64,000 bases of DNA from Octopus bimaculoides. Its lineage: Eukaryota. The first letter of the stretch is position 1. Every line of letters starts with the position of its first letter. Shown one piece after another: positions 26,886 to 39,805 of this stretch. The notes under the pieces were generated by a model, which was not told the origin of the DNA, ran no database searches, and worked only from the letters and a program-made list of their open reading frames with translations. A program made the position numbers and the translations under genes. The stretch is from the NCBI RefSeq assembly GCF_001194135.2, contig NC_068984.1:146383896-146447895 (forward strand). Direction: 5' to 3'.

Positions 26886-29800
26886 TATGATAACATCTAT
26901 AATATGCTTGGTAAGTGAAAGTTTTAAAGGAAATCAAAGTCGAGCAGAGAAGCACCAAATGCCAAACAATATCTAATTCTGACCTTATGTTTCAAGTTAA
27001 ATTCTCCAGCAATTAACTTTATTTCTCATCCCTTCTGCGCTTAATACATCCAAAGTGGTTGGTTTCATCAGTTCAGTGAGTCGGTGGTGGGATCCTCTGG
27101 CACTATCAACTCAAATTCACAAATAACGACTCCTTGGACCCTCAAAACACTTGCACAGACTGACCGAGTTTAAGAAGTGACCTTACTCGGTCAGGAGTTG
27201 ATTTCCAGCATATCTTTTATTCTTTTACTTGTTTCAGTCATTGGACGGCGGCCATGCTGGGGCACCACCTTGAAGAGTTTTTAGTTGAATGAATTGACTC
27301 CAGTACTTCTTTCTTTTTAAGCCTGGTACTCATTTTATCAGTCTCTTTGCTGAAACGCTAAGTTACAGGGATGTAAACACACCAAAACCGGTTGTCAAGT
27401 GGTGGTGGGACAAACCCAGACACATATATATATATACACACACACATACATGATAGGCTTCTTTCAGTTTCCGGCTACCAAATCCACTCACAAGGCTTTG
27501 GTCAACCTGGAGCAATAGTAGAAGACACTTGCCCAAGGTGCCACACAGTGGGACTGAACCTAGAACCAGGTGGGTGGGAAGCAAGCTTCTTACCACACAT
27601 CCACACTTGTGCCTTGTGTTTTAAAGCTGCAGTCTGGCCACAGTGTCTTACTGATTCAACCTGAAAAATTGCATCAAGTGTATGAGTATCTGTGAAATAT
27701 CCAATCATGTTAATTTCACTCGTAGGAATTGCTGATCATCAAAACTAATTGAGAACCCACCACCGTAATTAAAAAAAAAGAAGAAAACTTAATAAGAAGA
27801 AACTGTGGTTAAGAAGCTTGTTTTGCAACTGTGTGTTTTTGGGTTCAGTCCCACTACACAGCACCTTGGGCAAGTGTCTTCTTCTATGGTTTGAGCCAAC
27901 CAATGCCTTGTGAGTGAATTTAGTAGATAGAAACTGAAAGAAGCCTCTTGAATGTATGTGTACCTTAGCCTTGACATCACAAGATGTTGTGAATAAGTGT
28001 CACAGTTATACAAGCAAGGTGGTTCCTTTCCAGTCTTCCATGAAAAGCACGTCTGGCCATGGGGAAATATTACCTTACTTGGAAACAGGTGAGGATTAGC
28101 AACAGGAAAGGCATCCAGTCATAGAAAACCCTCTTCAACAAAATTCTATCTGACCCATGGAAGAATGGAAAAGTGGATGATAAATGATGATGATGATGAT
28201 GATGATGAACGACTAACTACCTTGGTTTTTGTTTGTGTTTCATTGTCTCTCAATTGCACCATCCTTCACTTAACAATCTTAATCCTGGATTTGCCCAAGA
28301 TTAATTTTTTGTTAGATAAAGGAAGATCTACAATTTTAGTCAGTCTTTCATTGAAATAAAATATAGCTACAAAAATTTAACAGCTTCTGACAACAGCAGA
28401 TGACTTACAACCAAAGAGATAGAAATATGTTTTAATATATTTTCCAATTCACACTTCAGCGAACAGTTCTAACTGTCTAACAGAAAAAAAGAGGTAAAAT
28501 GAAAGCAACATTCCTGAACTAGTTCCCTCTCACAAATTTTCCAGACGTCTTCACACATACAAGCAAATGGATCAATGAAAAAAATGTAAGTTTTAAGTTG
28601 GTGGTCAGTGATGCAAATCAGAATAAAATATGAACTGATTTGACATTGAAACCACATTGAAATCTGTTGACTCAGCAAAATTCATTGAGTTAATTTTATC
28701 ATTAGTCTTTCTTTCTTTCTTTGTCATAGAAACAAATATTTGCTTAGTTGTGGGTTTTTTTTAGTTCTGTTTCCTTCCTGCACTTTTGTAAGAACAGACT
28801 GGACTGCGAGCAGGAAATATTGCATTGATAAATATGTTACTCTTTTCAGTCATTGGACTGGGGCCATGCTGGAGTACTGCTTTGAAGGGTTTAGTCAAAC
28901 AAATCAACCCCAGGACTTGCAGGGTTTTTTTTTAGGTTTTTAGGTCTGGTAATTATTCTGTTTTTTTTTGTTTTTTTTGCTGAATTGCTAAGTTATGGGG
29001 ATGTATGCAAATCAGTTATGGTTGTGAAGTGGAGGTGGTGATGGTGACAAATACAGACACAAATACACACACCCCACACATGACAGGCTTCCACACAGTT
29101 TCTGTCTTTCAGATTCACTAACAAGGAATTGGTTGACTTGGAGCTATAGTGAAAGACATTTGTTCAAGGTGCTGCCCAGCAGGACTGAAACCAAAACCAC
29201 ACAGTCTCATGCTTGTGCCTACCAATCAAGAATTTTGAAGAATTTCATAAAATAACCTTTTCTGCCTTTGTTTCAATTAATTTTGTAAATAATGAAGAAT
29301 TTAGTAAAATAACTTGGTCATTAATTAATCTGGAACATAAATTAATTTGAAATTTCTGGAAGATTAAATTGTACTCTTTTACTCATTCCAGCCATGCGGC
29401 TGCGGTCATGCTGGAGCACCACCATTGTAGATCACTTTAAAATAGGACGTTGGTATTCTAGAACCAGGGGCAGTTTCAGGCAGTTTGGTATAAAAAGGGT
29501 TCATCTGGTGTTTAAAGCATAACTGATTGAAAAGTTCTTAAATATAAAATACATCATTATCATCATTTAACAGCTATGTTCCATACTGGCAAAGGTTGGA
29601 CAGTTTGAAGGGATATGATAGGTCTAAGGACTGTAGAGGGTCCAGTTTCTGCTCCTGAATAGTTTCTACAGCTCGATGCCCTTCTTAATGCCAACCACTT
29701 TACCCCAAGAACTGGGTGTTTTTTTTCATGTGGCACCAACGCTAGTGAGGTTAACATGCAGCTAGCAAAAACTACAAACATCAAGGAAGGCAGGGCAACC

Positions 29801-30599
29801 TTATGTATAGCGATGATGGGTTAAAGTATGATAGAAAGTGGTAGGGGTAGCAGAGCAGATCTTTGAAGAGAAGCTGCATGGTTACCCACATTTACAAGAG
29901 AAAGAATGAGATAAATAGCGGAGAAGATCATAATTTGATATGAACACTTTAAAATGGTAAGCTTTTGTGTCATGGAACCAGGGTTGGTCTCAGGTGAGAA
30001 GGCACAAAAAGAGTTGAAAAAATAAAAAGTAAAAAAAGCTTTCACTGACTTAAAAAAGAAAAGAAACTACATCTCCAGAAACAATGATTTTTTTTTTATC
30101 AATGTTGTTTCAATCAAGATTATAACAAGGCAACTTAGCATCACATTGCGTATCTCTCTCTCTCTCTTTCTCACTTGCTCCATTTAATGTTCTGTTTAGG
30201 TATGTGAAACTAAGTTCTAAGAGGGTTACCAACCAGAAGCACAATTACGGGGAGGAAATAAAAATCTGTGTGGAAACAATTACACATTCTCACATACATT
30301 TGTTTCTCATGTTACCCCGAGTTAAAACTATAGAAAAGGTATTGTGTAGGTTGCTAATGAATGCAATAAAACTGAATGAATAAAAGCTTGTTAAAACAAT
30401 TAGTAATTGACACGTTCATAAAAATCAAGACAAGACTATATTTAGAGTCAAGACAAAATTATATTTTGAGAATCATCACTCTTCAGGTTTATTTAGCTTC
30501 TGCATTTTATGGAATGGGTCTTCAACCACTGGGGATGTGGCTCATTTGGTACCGGGCCACAGAGAGATGATGAGGATGTATTTATGCATGTATGTATAA

Positions 30600-30848
30600 A
30601 TAATGACAAATATCTGCTGAGGCCTTCACCAGGTGTCTTGGGGAAATTTCGAACCTGGGTTCTCATTCCTATGGTATTTCCCCAAGACACCTGATGAAGA
30701 AAATTTCCCCAAGACACCTGATGAAAGCTGGAGGGTATATCAGCCGAAACGTTGCGTTAACAACAAACAAGATGAGGACAAATATCCATCAAATGTAAAT
30801 AATGTAAATAATGTCCATAATTCCTCATCTCTTAAATATAGAACTGAA
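30600..30848 (+). mobile_element. rearranged Penelope-like terminal-repeat fragment
   Basis: Same sequence as the 18669-18922 arm. It contains an inverted piece (30623-30676), a direct duplication of tttccccaagacacctgatgaa, and the tail ..cctcatctcttaaatatagaactg. Confidence 0.8.
30714..30757 (+). ncRNA. minimal (dimer-type) hammerhead ribozyme in PLE terminal repeat
   Basis: ACAC-CUGAUGA-A-AGCUG-gagggtatat-CAGCC-GAAAC-GUU-GCGU. It has the conserved CUGAUGA/GAAA core, hairpin II and a palindromic AACGUU stem III, with one mismatch each in stems I and II. Confidence 0.75.
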
Positions 30849-31144
30849 CTGGTAGGTATACCTATATATAAGCAGATGGGCAGAAAGCTGGTAGGTATAC
30901 ATATATACAAGTGTGTTGGCAGCTAAGTGAATGTGTGTTTCTATAAACCACATCAGTTCCTAATTTTTACCTTCATTTATTCCCAACTGCTGCTATTTCA
31001 CTGTCTCTAGGTAAATAAATTAATTCTATCAACAAAGTTACCTGTTGCACAAGGGAAATTATTCAAGAAGCTCCTCTTTTGAGAAAGAGAGCAGGAGACC
31101 AGTTTATGAATTGACTGTATACAAGCACTTGTGATACAATAGGA

Positions 31145-31175
<31 letters not shown>

Positions 31176-31351
31176 GCACACACAATATGGTATGAATATG
31201 TTGCAGAAAGCCATTGTGATTTCTTGTACTAAAGAGATATATACACACATATACACATGTAGTAGACATATGTGTTAGTGAGTCATTCTATAGTTCAGAG
31301 AAAAATTGTGGACGTGTGTATGAATAATATCCCAGTTCACATACACATAAA

Positions 31352-31395
<44 letters not shown>

Positions 31396-34300
31396 ACACT
31401 AACTCACCCCTTGCCTCACTCACACACACACACACACATACAAAGGTAGACACAGTGAATGATTTTATTGCCTCACAAAGAAAAGGTGTGTGTAAAAGAA
31501 AAAAACTTGTATATTTTCATGCAACAAAGGAAATTACACACACACACACACACACACAAGTAAAAGTAAATGAAGAAACCGAAAGAAAGAAAAAAACAAC
31601 CTGAGAGGAATGTTTGTGTCACTGCACACACTCACAAACAAGGCTGCATTTTCAGGCAAAGACAAACCAGAGACTTTATTAATAACCCCAGGCACCCCTC
31701 CCACTCATTAAGTCAAGGAATGCTTGAGATATAAAGAAACATCAAACTGAACAGTTTCTTTTTCTAAATCATGGGCACTCGACACCGACTTTATTACACG
31801 TTTCATTTCCTAACAATAAAACAAACACTTATGTATGTGTGAGCGTGTTTATATCATCCTCTTTATTTAACGTCCGTTGGATGGCTTGACAGGAGTTGGC
31901 AAGCCAGAGGATTGCACCTAGCTCCAACCATTGCCTGTTTTGGTGGCAGGCCCTTCCTAACACCAACCACTTAACAGAGTGGACTGTGTGCTTTTAGCAA
32001 GGTTTCTACAGGTTTCTTTTTAGCAAGGTTTCTACAGCCGGACGCCCTTCCTAATGCCAACCACTCCAAGAGTGTAGTGGGTGGCATTCACATGACATTA
32101 GCAACAGTCACAACTACAATTTAACTTGACTCGTTGATTAAATTTTCCACAGAGATGAACTAAAACCGTTCTGCTTAGGTACTGGTGTGCCTATTACATA
32201 TAGATATTTTGTATTTGTTTCAGTTGTTGGACTGAGGCCATGCTGGGGCACCACTGCCTTCAAGGGTTTAGCCAAACAAATCAACCCCAGGACTTATTTG
32301 TAAGACTAGTATTTGTTTTGCTAATCTCTTTCACACCTATAAATTGTTTTGTCATGTCATGTGGTTAAGCGCTTTATAGGTGTGAAACCAACGGTCACTG
32401 TGACTGGCCATAACAATTAACTTCATACATATATATATACATACACACACACACACACACAAAGATACTATCATTAATAAATAATAATAATATAAGTGGT
32501 TAGCAAGCATAAAAACCAAAATGGTAAATTTATAAATTCATAATCAACTTCTTTTAGTTGCCTCTTATGATGTGCAGAGGAAATGCTGGGACTATTCTTT
32601 GACAGGCTAATTCTTACCCAACATTAGAGAAGTGTGAAGTGTTTTGCTTTAGAACCCAACATGCTACCCAGTTCAGAAACTGAACCCACAATCTAGTGAT
32701 CCTGAGGGCAACAACCTCACCATTAGGCCACACACCTTCACTTAGCATAAAGAAAAAACAAAATTTTGAATTCATAAACAAAGAGAAATGTACAAAGTGA
32801 AACCAGTTATTAATCTTATTTAATGAGAACAACCAAACAATTCCAAAATGAAAGAAAAAAAAATCTTGAAACGAAGCAGGTATGACTATGTGGTCCTTAG
32901 TTTGCAACTATGTGGTTTTCGGTTCCATCCCAATGTACAGCACTTTTGGGCAACAATCTTGTACTCCAGCCCCAATTCAACCAGTGCTTTGTGAGTGAAT
33001 TCGGTAGATGGAAACTGTGTGGAAGCCTATCATACACATATGTCTGTGTGTCTATGTTTTTGTTTGTCTCCCCCCACCACCACCACCCAATGCTTGACAA
33101 CTGGTGTTGGTCTGTTTATGTCCCTGTAACTTAGTGACATAAAATAAGTAGCAGATTTGAAAGATAACTACTGGGATTGATTTGTTTGATTAAACCTTTC
33201 AAGACAGTGGTGCCCCAGCCTGGCCACAGCCCAAAGACTATAACAAGTAAAAGAGAAAAGATAAGCATTTAATTTATTGAAAAGGCGTGGGTCACTTAAC
33301 GCAAGACCTTACCATATATTTCATTACCAGAACACCATTTAAAGACTGTCCCCAAATGTTTCTAGAATTAAGATAATCAAGTAGATCTTATCTTTTGCCA
33401 ATCTATAGCCATGATAGAATTTGAACTCAGCATTAAAAGATAACAAGATATTCAAAGAGGCAGCCAGGGGGCCTCTACACCCACCATGGGCAATATGCAG
33501 CCCATGGGACTTTCTGAATAGCACCCTAATGAAAAATTACCTTGAATCCTTTTTTAGTCGTGCAGCCCACCCAATCATAACTAGGTCTTATGTGGTCTGC
33601 TTCTTGAAAATAGTTGCCCAAGCCTGCTCTACAGTCAATAGAACTTGCTAGAAATAGCTGTCAAATTTATCTCAATGCTTTGGGGGTCTTTAAAAAAAAA
33701 AAAAAAGGGAAAGATACATTGAGAAACACACTTAGATAAAACACTTTGATATCTCTGAAAATATTTTCAGTTCATTGAAGCTTATTATTTCCCAAATCTA
33801 GGTAAACTGAAGGAATGCAGTATTAAAGAGAACTATCCAGAACAGATAATGAAACCCTTGTTATTTAAACCCAAGAAGTGTTAGGTGGAGAGAATATTCA
33901 TTTCACCTATTTTACTGGTAGAGGAAGAGAAAATAGAAAATAGAAGCAGTGACGAGTAAGGTGGGTGGAATAGAAAAGGTAAATAGCTGGACAACCAGTT
34001 TTAACTAATCATTAGGTACATAGTGGTACATAAAAGCCAAAGTCTAGCAGGAAATTCTCAGAACGTGCTGAGCTTCACACACGTGACACCAAAGAGTTTT
34101 TTGAAGTTTACTTTCTCTTTGTTTTAATCAAAATATTTTTTCCTATTTCACTTTCTTCTTAGGAAAGCATTCATCACTATTTACGTGTATGTATGTATAT
34201 ACACAATGTGTACACATATATACGCATGAATAAATGTATACGGAGGTTTGCTCTTAGTTAACAGAAATGACACATTTTACGAAGTTGAAGTTGCTTCGTT

Positions 34301-35743
34301 AGGATAAGAGCATTGAGTATACCTGTTTCAGGTAAAAACTCAAACTCTCATCCTTCACAACAATCTTTTATCTGTTACTTATTAATCATTGGACTGCGGC
34401 CATGCTGGAGTACTGCCTTGAAGGGTTTACTTGAACAATCTGATCTCAGTGATTAGTTTTTAATACTGCTGCTTAAGCTTGGTCTTTTGCTGAACTGCTA
34501 AGTTATGGGGATGCAAACAAACCCACACCAGTTATCAAGTAAGATTGTGGGACAAACACACACATATATGTGTGATGGGCTTCTTTCAGTTTCTAGCTAC
34601 CAAATCCACTCACAAAGCTTTGTTTGGCCTTGAGCTATAATGGAAGACACTTGCCCAAGGTGCCATGCAGTGGGACTGAACCTGGAACTGTGTGGTTGGG
34701 AAGAAAACTTCATATTGGTTATCTAAGTTGACAAAGGGACACAGGTTCAACTCTCACTCAAGCAGTTTCACTACTCTAACATGTTCTGACTTATTTCTAG
34801 CAAAGTCAACAGCCTCCATAGAAATATCCAACAAGCAATTGACTTTCCATTCAAGAATATCCAAGATGGAAACTTTGATGGTGACTTAATGATCCTTGAA
34901 AAGTTACAGACTAATATCAATTAATTTTTTAGTGCATGCATATTTGCGTCCAGAGCGAGTGTATTTCTTTCGATTTATCAATACTAACCAGTCTTCAAAT
35001 CAAATTGATTGATCCAAAACAGCTGGTTAGACATTTCAAGATATATTAATCAATGTTTTGCCTATTATATCATAAATATATTCTGAATAGAGTGTGTGTT
35101 GTGGAAGTTTGTATTATTGTGTGCTTAGCACTAGAGTCACGGATTGAAACTAATGGAAATGAATCTTTGCTTTTGAATAAGATATGAGAAGATATTCCCA
35201 CAAGACCTGCTCCATATTTTCTTTCTTGGGCTCTAGGGCAGTGTGGAAGTAGTTGCCTGACCCAAATATAAGAGACGCTTGCCAAAGATTTGAACTCAAG
35301 GCCTATAATAGCTGTGGAACAGGAGGAAATGTAGTCAGAAATAGTTTGTTCCCCAAACAAAAGGACTCCAAATTATAATGGATGTTGAACAGGGATTAAG
35401 TGATATTCATGCATCATAAAGGAAAAAACATTTACATCCAGGTATCATCAAAACTGGCTGAGGAGGTCAGCTTGCATGAATACAATCTCCGATTTAAAAA
35501 AACAAAAACATCATCATCATCAACGCCAGTTAAGAACTGTCTCCAGAAAAAGGTGGTGAGTTGGCAGAAGCATTAGTGTCCTGGACAAAATGCTTAGCAG
35601 TATGTCTTTGAGCTGTTTATATCCCGAGTTCAAAAATCTCCTGGGGTCAACTTTGCCTTTCACCCACTTGGTTCTCGTTTATAGTAGCAGAAACAATTGC
35701 AACTGGTCATCAAAGATCAACTCAAACTCTTTATCTTATTAGA

Positions 35744-35810
35744 GTGAGTGAGTGAGTGAGTGAGTGAGTGAGTGAGTGAGTGGGTGAGTGGGTGAGTGAG
35801 TGAGTGAGTG
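35744..35810 (+). repeat. (GAGT)n microsatellite
   Basis: Direct reading. Confidence 0.95.
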
Positions 35811-36259
35811 AAAAGCATACATTGGAGATTTAACCTTTTTGTTACCATATTTGTAATGAACACACTGCAATTAAACTTGAAAATAAGAATTTGTGAAGGT
35901 TTAGTTTAATAACTCCCTCATTTATGATGGTGTTTGGTGAAAAACTGATCAAGTAGTTTTTTCAGAAAATTATAATGGAAGATTTTAATTTAAGCATTAA
36001 CACTTTGAAATGTGGTGTTTGTAATAAATAGAACCAGAAAAAGTATCAAATGGCCCCAGGCTTACAAGAAGCAGCAGTGACAGGCTAAATAGCACCACCG
36101 ATTTGGTTGCCAAGTTGGGGATCTTATCAATTCAGTCTTCGGTATTTGATGTGTATTGGTTGTACTGTTTTTTTTTGTCTTTGTTGCTTTTTATATTTCC
36201 ACTTTAGTTCGATGGATCAATAGTAAGGTTGGCATTTTTTAGGTTCTGAGCTACTTCTC

Positions 36260-36390
36260 CATATTGGGAGGCCACAGCTTCAGAACCAGGAAAGAAATGC
36301 AAGATGGATCCTTCAAGGTGAAACAATTGGCACGAGACTGTGGGTAGACCAAGAATAATAGGGTTGGATAATATCCATAGCTCTGTTGGT
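36260..36390 (+). mobile_element. RTE LINE 3' remnant
   Basis: Decayed ARWILQG..G.R..GRPR..WLDNI motif. Confidence 0.5.
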
Positions 36391-37611
36391 CATGCTTGGG
36401 AATCTGGTTGGAAAGTGTAATGATTATTTCTTTGTTACCCACAAGGGGCTAAACAGAGGGGACAAACAAAGACAGACAAAGGGATTAAGTCGATTACATT
36501 GACCCCAGTGCATAACTGGTACTTATTTAATCGACCCCGAAAGGATGAAAGGCTAAGTCAACCTCGATGGAATTTGAACTGAGAACGTAGCGGCAGACGA
36601 AATACCGCTAAGCATTTCACCTGGCATACTAACGATTCTGCCAGCTCGCCACCTTGGAAAGTATAATGATGGCTCTTCTGTAAGACTCTATGGATGAGGT
36701 GCCTAAGAACTCTGCTCCTGTGAACCCCCCACTCCCCAGGAACAGCAGGTGGCAAAAATGGAAGGACGAACACCAATCAAGAAATAGCGAATTTTATCTG
36801 AATACAAATACTGTTGATTCTGTTTTTTTTTTCGTGAGGTGACGGTGGTGGGTCAATACATGACTGACGTAGAAAACAAAATTCCAAACTAGAAGCAAAT
36901 GCGGAAATTTAACTCTGGTGGGAATTGAATTCAGAAACAGGAGGTGCCAAATAAATATAAAGAATGTTATTTTAAATCTGTTCTAAAGGAAACAGAAGAA
37001 TTATGCAACGTGGAAAAGATATTTTCAACCAAGAAAGATTTGAGAACCAAGAGCTACAAAAAATTATAACAACATCTGATTGTGGTGTTTAGGTCACAAG
37101 CATACAAGTACTGGGTGTATATAATTATGAAGAGATGTGTAATTATATACAGTGTGTATAATAAGTAAAACTAAAGGGATGGTGAACACATTTTTCAAAG
37201 TAATTAAAAAGTGGGTTCAATATTTCACAGACAAGCATCAGTGAAGTTGATGTGTGTGCATGTGTGTGTGTGTGTGTGTGTGTGTGCGTGATATAGATGT
37301 AGGATAATTATAGGAATGAGGATGTAGCATAAAGTTTCAATTATATGCATGGCTATGTGGTTAATAAGCTTGCTTCCCAACAATGGAGTTTCAGGTTCAG
37401 TCCCACCTTGGATAAGTTTCTTCTACTTTAGCTCCAAGTTCAACAAAGCCTTGTGAGTGGATTTGGCAGACAGAAACTGTGAAAGCCCACTGTGCGTGTG
37501 TGTGTGTGTTCTTGTCTTCACATTGTGGTTGTAAATGAGCATCATTGTCATACCAGGAATGTTGTTCATTTTCAGTCTTCTATGAAAAACATGTCTGGTT
37601 AAGGGGAAATA

Positions 37612-38532
37612 TTGGATCATTCCATAAATAATGTGGTTTTTTTAATACTTGTTTTATTTTTCAAAATTAAGATAAACAAAGTTCTTTTTTAATCTAAAAT
37701 ATACTCTCCTTCATTTTCTACAATGTTCTTCCATCTATCTGGTAGATTTGCAAGCCTCCTCTTCCAAAATTCACTTGTCCATGACGGAAGATACTCCTCC
37801 AGTACTGTTCTAACCTCATCTACAGAATTTATATTTTTTCCATCTAAATGATTTTGAAGACTGTGGAATAAATCATAATCAGATGGGGCAATGTCCAGCG
37901 AATATGGTGGGTAGAGCATCCTTTCCCATTCAAACTGCTTCAGCCTCTGGAATGTCATCCTCACTGTATGTGGCCGAGCATTATCCTGATGGAAGAACAC
38001 CTTTTGTCTTGAAACCAAAGATGGTTGTTTTTCTTTTAGCGCTTGGCTGGTTGAATGACCAAATCCAAACTTCTCTGCTAGTTCCTCAACAGTTACAATG
38101 GGATTTTGTTCCACCAGGGTTTGCAGGATGTCCTTGTTGAGATCTACAGATCTTCCAGGATGAGGCTCGTCTTCTAGGCTGTAGTTTCTGGCACCAAATT
38201 TCAGGAACCACCTTTGACACTGGCTTACGCTTATTGTCCGATCTCCATATACTGCATTAATATTGCTTGCACTTTCTGTTGCGTTGTTGCCTTTATTGAA
38301 CTCATAAAGCAAAATATGCTGAATATGCACCTTTGTCATTTCCATTATAGTTTTGAAAAAATGACTTAAAATCGAACTGCACTCTTCAAAACTTGCACTA
38401 AGAATAAGGACAATGTAAAACTACTACCTGCTTTTTTTTATACAGCAAGTTGATGCAGATAGTTTATTCTGTGCCTCTCCGACTTTTAGCTCATGCAATT
38501 CGAAAAACCGCATTACTTATGGGATGACCCAA
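37612..38532 (-). mobile_element. mariner (Tc1/mariner) element with internal in-frame deletion, nested in a SINE
   Basis: Imperfect ~30-bp TIRs (TTGGATCATTCCATAAATAATGTGGTTTTT / AAAAACCGCATTACTTATGGGATGACCCAA) and TA duplications at 37610-11 and 38533-34. The flanks rejoin as the SINE sequence ggggaaaTAttacc. Confidence 0.93.
37689..38345 (-). pseudogene. internally deleted mariner transposase ORF (218 aa)
   Basis: The N-terminal HTH region (HILLYEFNKG..QCQRWF..SLEDEPHPGR) is joined directly to the C-terminal region (FHQDNARPH, YPPYSLDIAPSDYDLF). WVPHEL and the first catalytic Asp segment are missing. Confidence 0.9.
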
Positions 38533-39693
38533 TATTACCATACTTGGAAACAGGTAAAGACTGGCAACAGGAAGAGCATCCAGCCATAGAAAATCTACCT
38601 CAACATATTCTGCTTGACCCATGCAAGAATGGAAAAGTGGACATTAAATGATGGTGATGTTATTTTTTGTATATTATATATTTTTAATCACCAGGTCTTA
38701 TTAAAACAGATACAGTCAGAGTGAACAAGGTTTTGAACAAATCAAATTCTTTTGATTTATATTGATCTTTTAATAATATGGATTATTTACATGAATGAAA
38801 TTACTCTCATGATAGCAGTGATTGCAACCAGAGAGGCCACAGGTGAATATTAACTCAGGAAAACAGCAAAAATATTGATAAAACAAACACACAAGGGTAG
38901 CAACACAAGTTATGTACATTTGTAAGGATATGAGATTTTTTAAATTTTTTATATTTACACACTGGCCCTCTGTCGGTTATGACAATGAGGGTTCCAGTTG
39001 ATCCGATCAACGGAACAGCCTACTCATGAAATTAACGTGCAAGTGGTTGAGCGCTCCACAGACACCCTTAATGTAGTTCTCAAGGAGATTCAGCATGACA
39101 CAGAATGTGACAAGGCTGGCCCATTGAATTACTGGTACAACTCATCATTGCCAGCTGAGTGGACTGGACCAACATGAAATAAAGGGGCTTGCTCAAGGAC
39201 ACAACATGCGGCTGGGAATTGAACTCACAACTTTATGATCATGAACCAAACACTCTTACCACTACACCACACACCTTCACTATACATTTCTAAGTTAATA
39301 ACAATAGTTTATTGTGCCCGGGGAGAGTCATTCTCTTTTAGTGCTTTATTATTTAACACACACACTGGTTCGATTTCCACTCATTTACTTTTTTTTATTT
39401 ATTTTTTATTATTTTATTTTTATTTTCTTTCTATATTGACACAAGACCATAGATGTTTATAAGAGAGAAACAAATGAATTAATCAGGGTCATTACAAGTG
39501 CATATTTTCTTGAGTTTGGATAAATAAAATAGAAAAAAAAAAAAAAAAAANNNNNNNNNNGAAGCACAGAGCAGTTTGTGGATGCAGAGGGTAGACCGTA
39601 ACTGGGTATCTCTTTTACCAAACACATTTAGGGTGTATAATAAATGTTATACTTTTAGCCACGCACTTTATAATAAAATGCAAAACAAACAAA

Positions 39694-39805
39694 TGGAGCC
39701 AGGACAGCTCTCTGGCTGGCTGGAGCCAGGACAGCTCTCTGGCTGGCTGGAGCCAGGACAGCTCTCTGGCTGGCTGGAGCCAGGACAGCTCTCTGGCTGG
39801 CTGGA
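39694..39805 (+). repeat. 27-bp minisatellite x4 inside a SINE
   Basis: Four exact copies of tggagccaggacagctctctggctggc, continuing into the SINE tail. Confidence 0.95.

Noticed and set aside
26170-26976. Longest ORF in the track (268 aa)
   Set aside because: After about 37 codons it is entirely low-complexity (AT/AC) repeat and crosses a gap.
27160-27194. 10-bp-stem hairpin as a Helitron 3' end or miRNA
   Set aside because: No following CTRR terminus, and the stem is too short for a pre-miRNA.
39694-39805. CRISPR-like array
   Set aside because: The repeats are contiguous with no spacers, lie inside a SINE, and have no cas genes nearby in a eukaryotic context.
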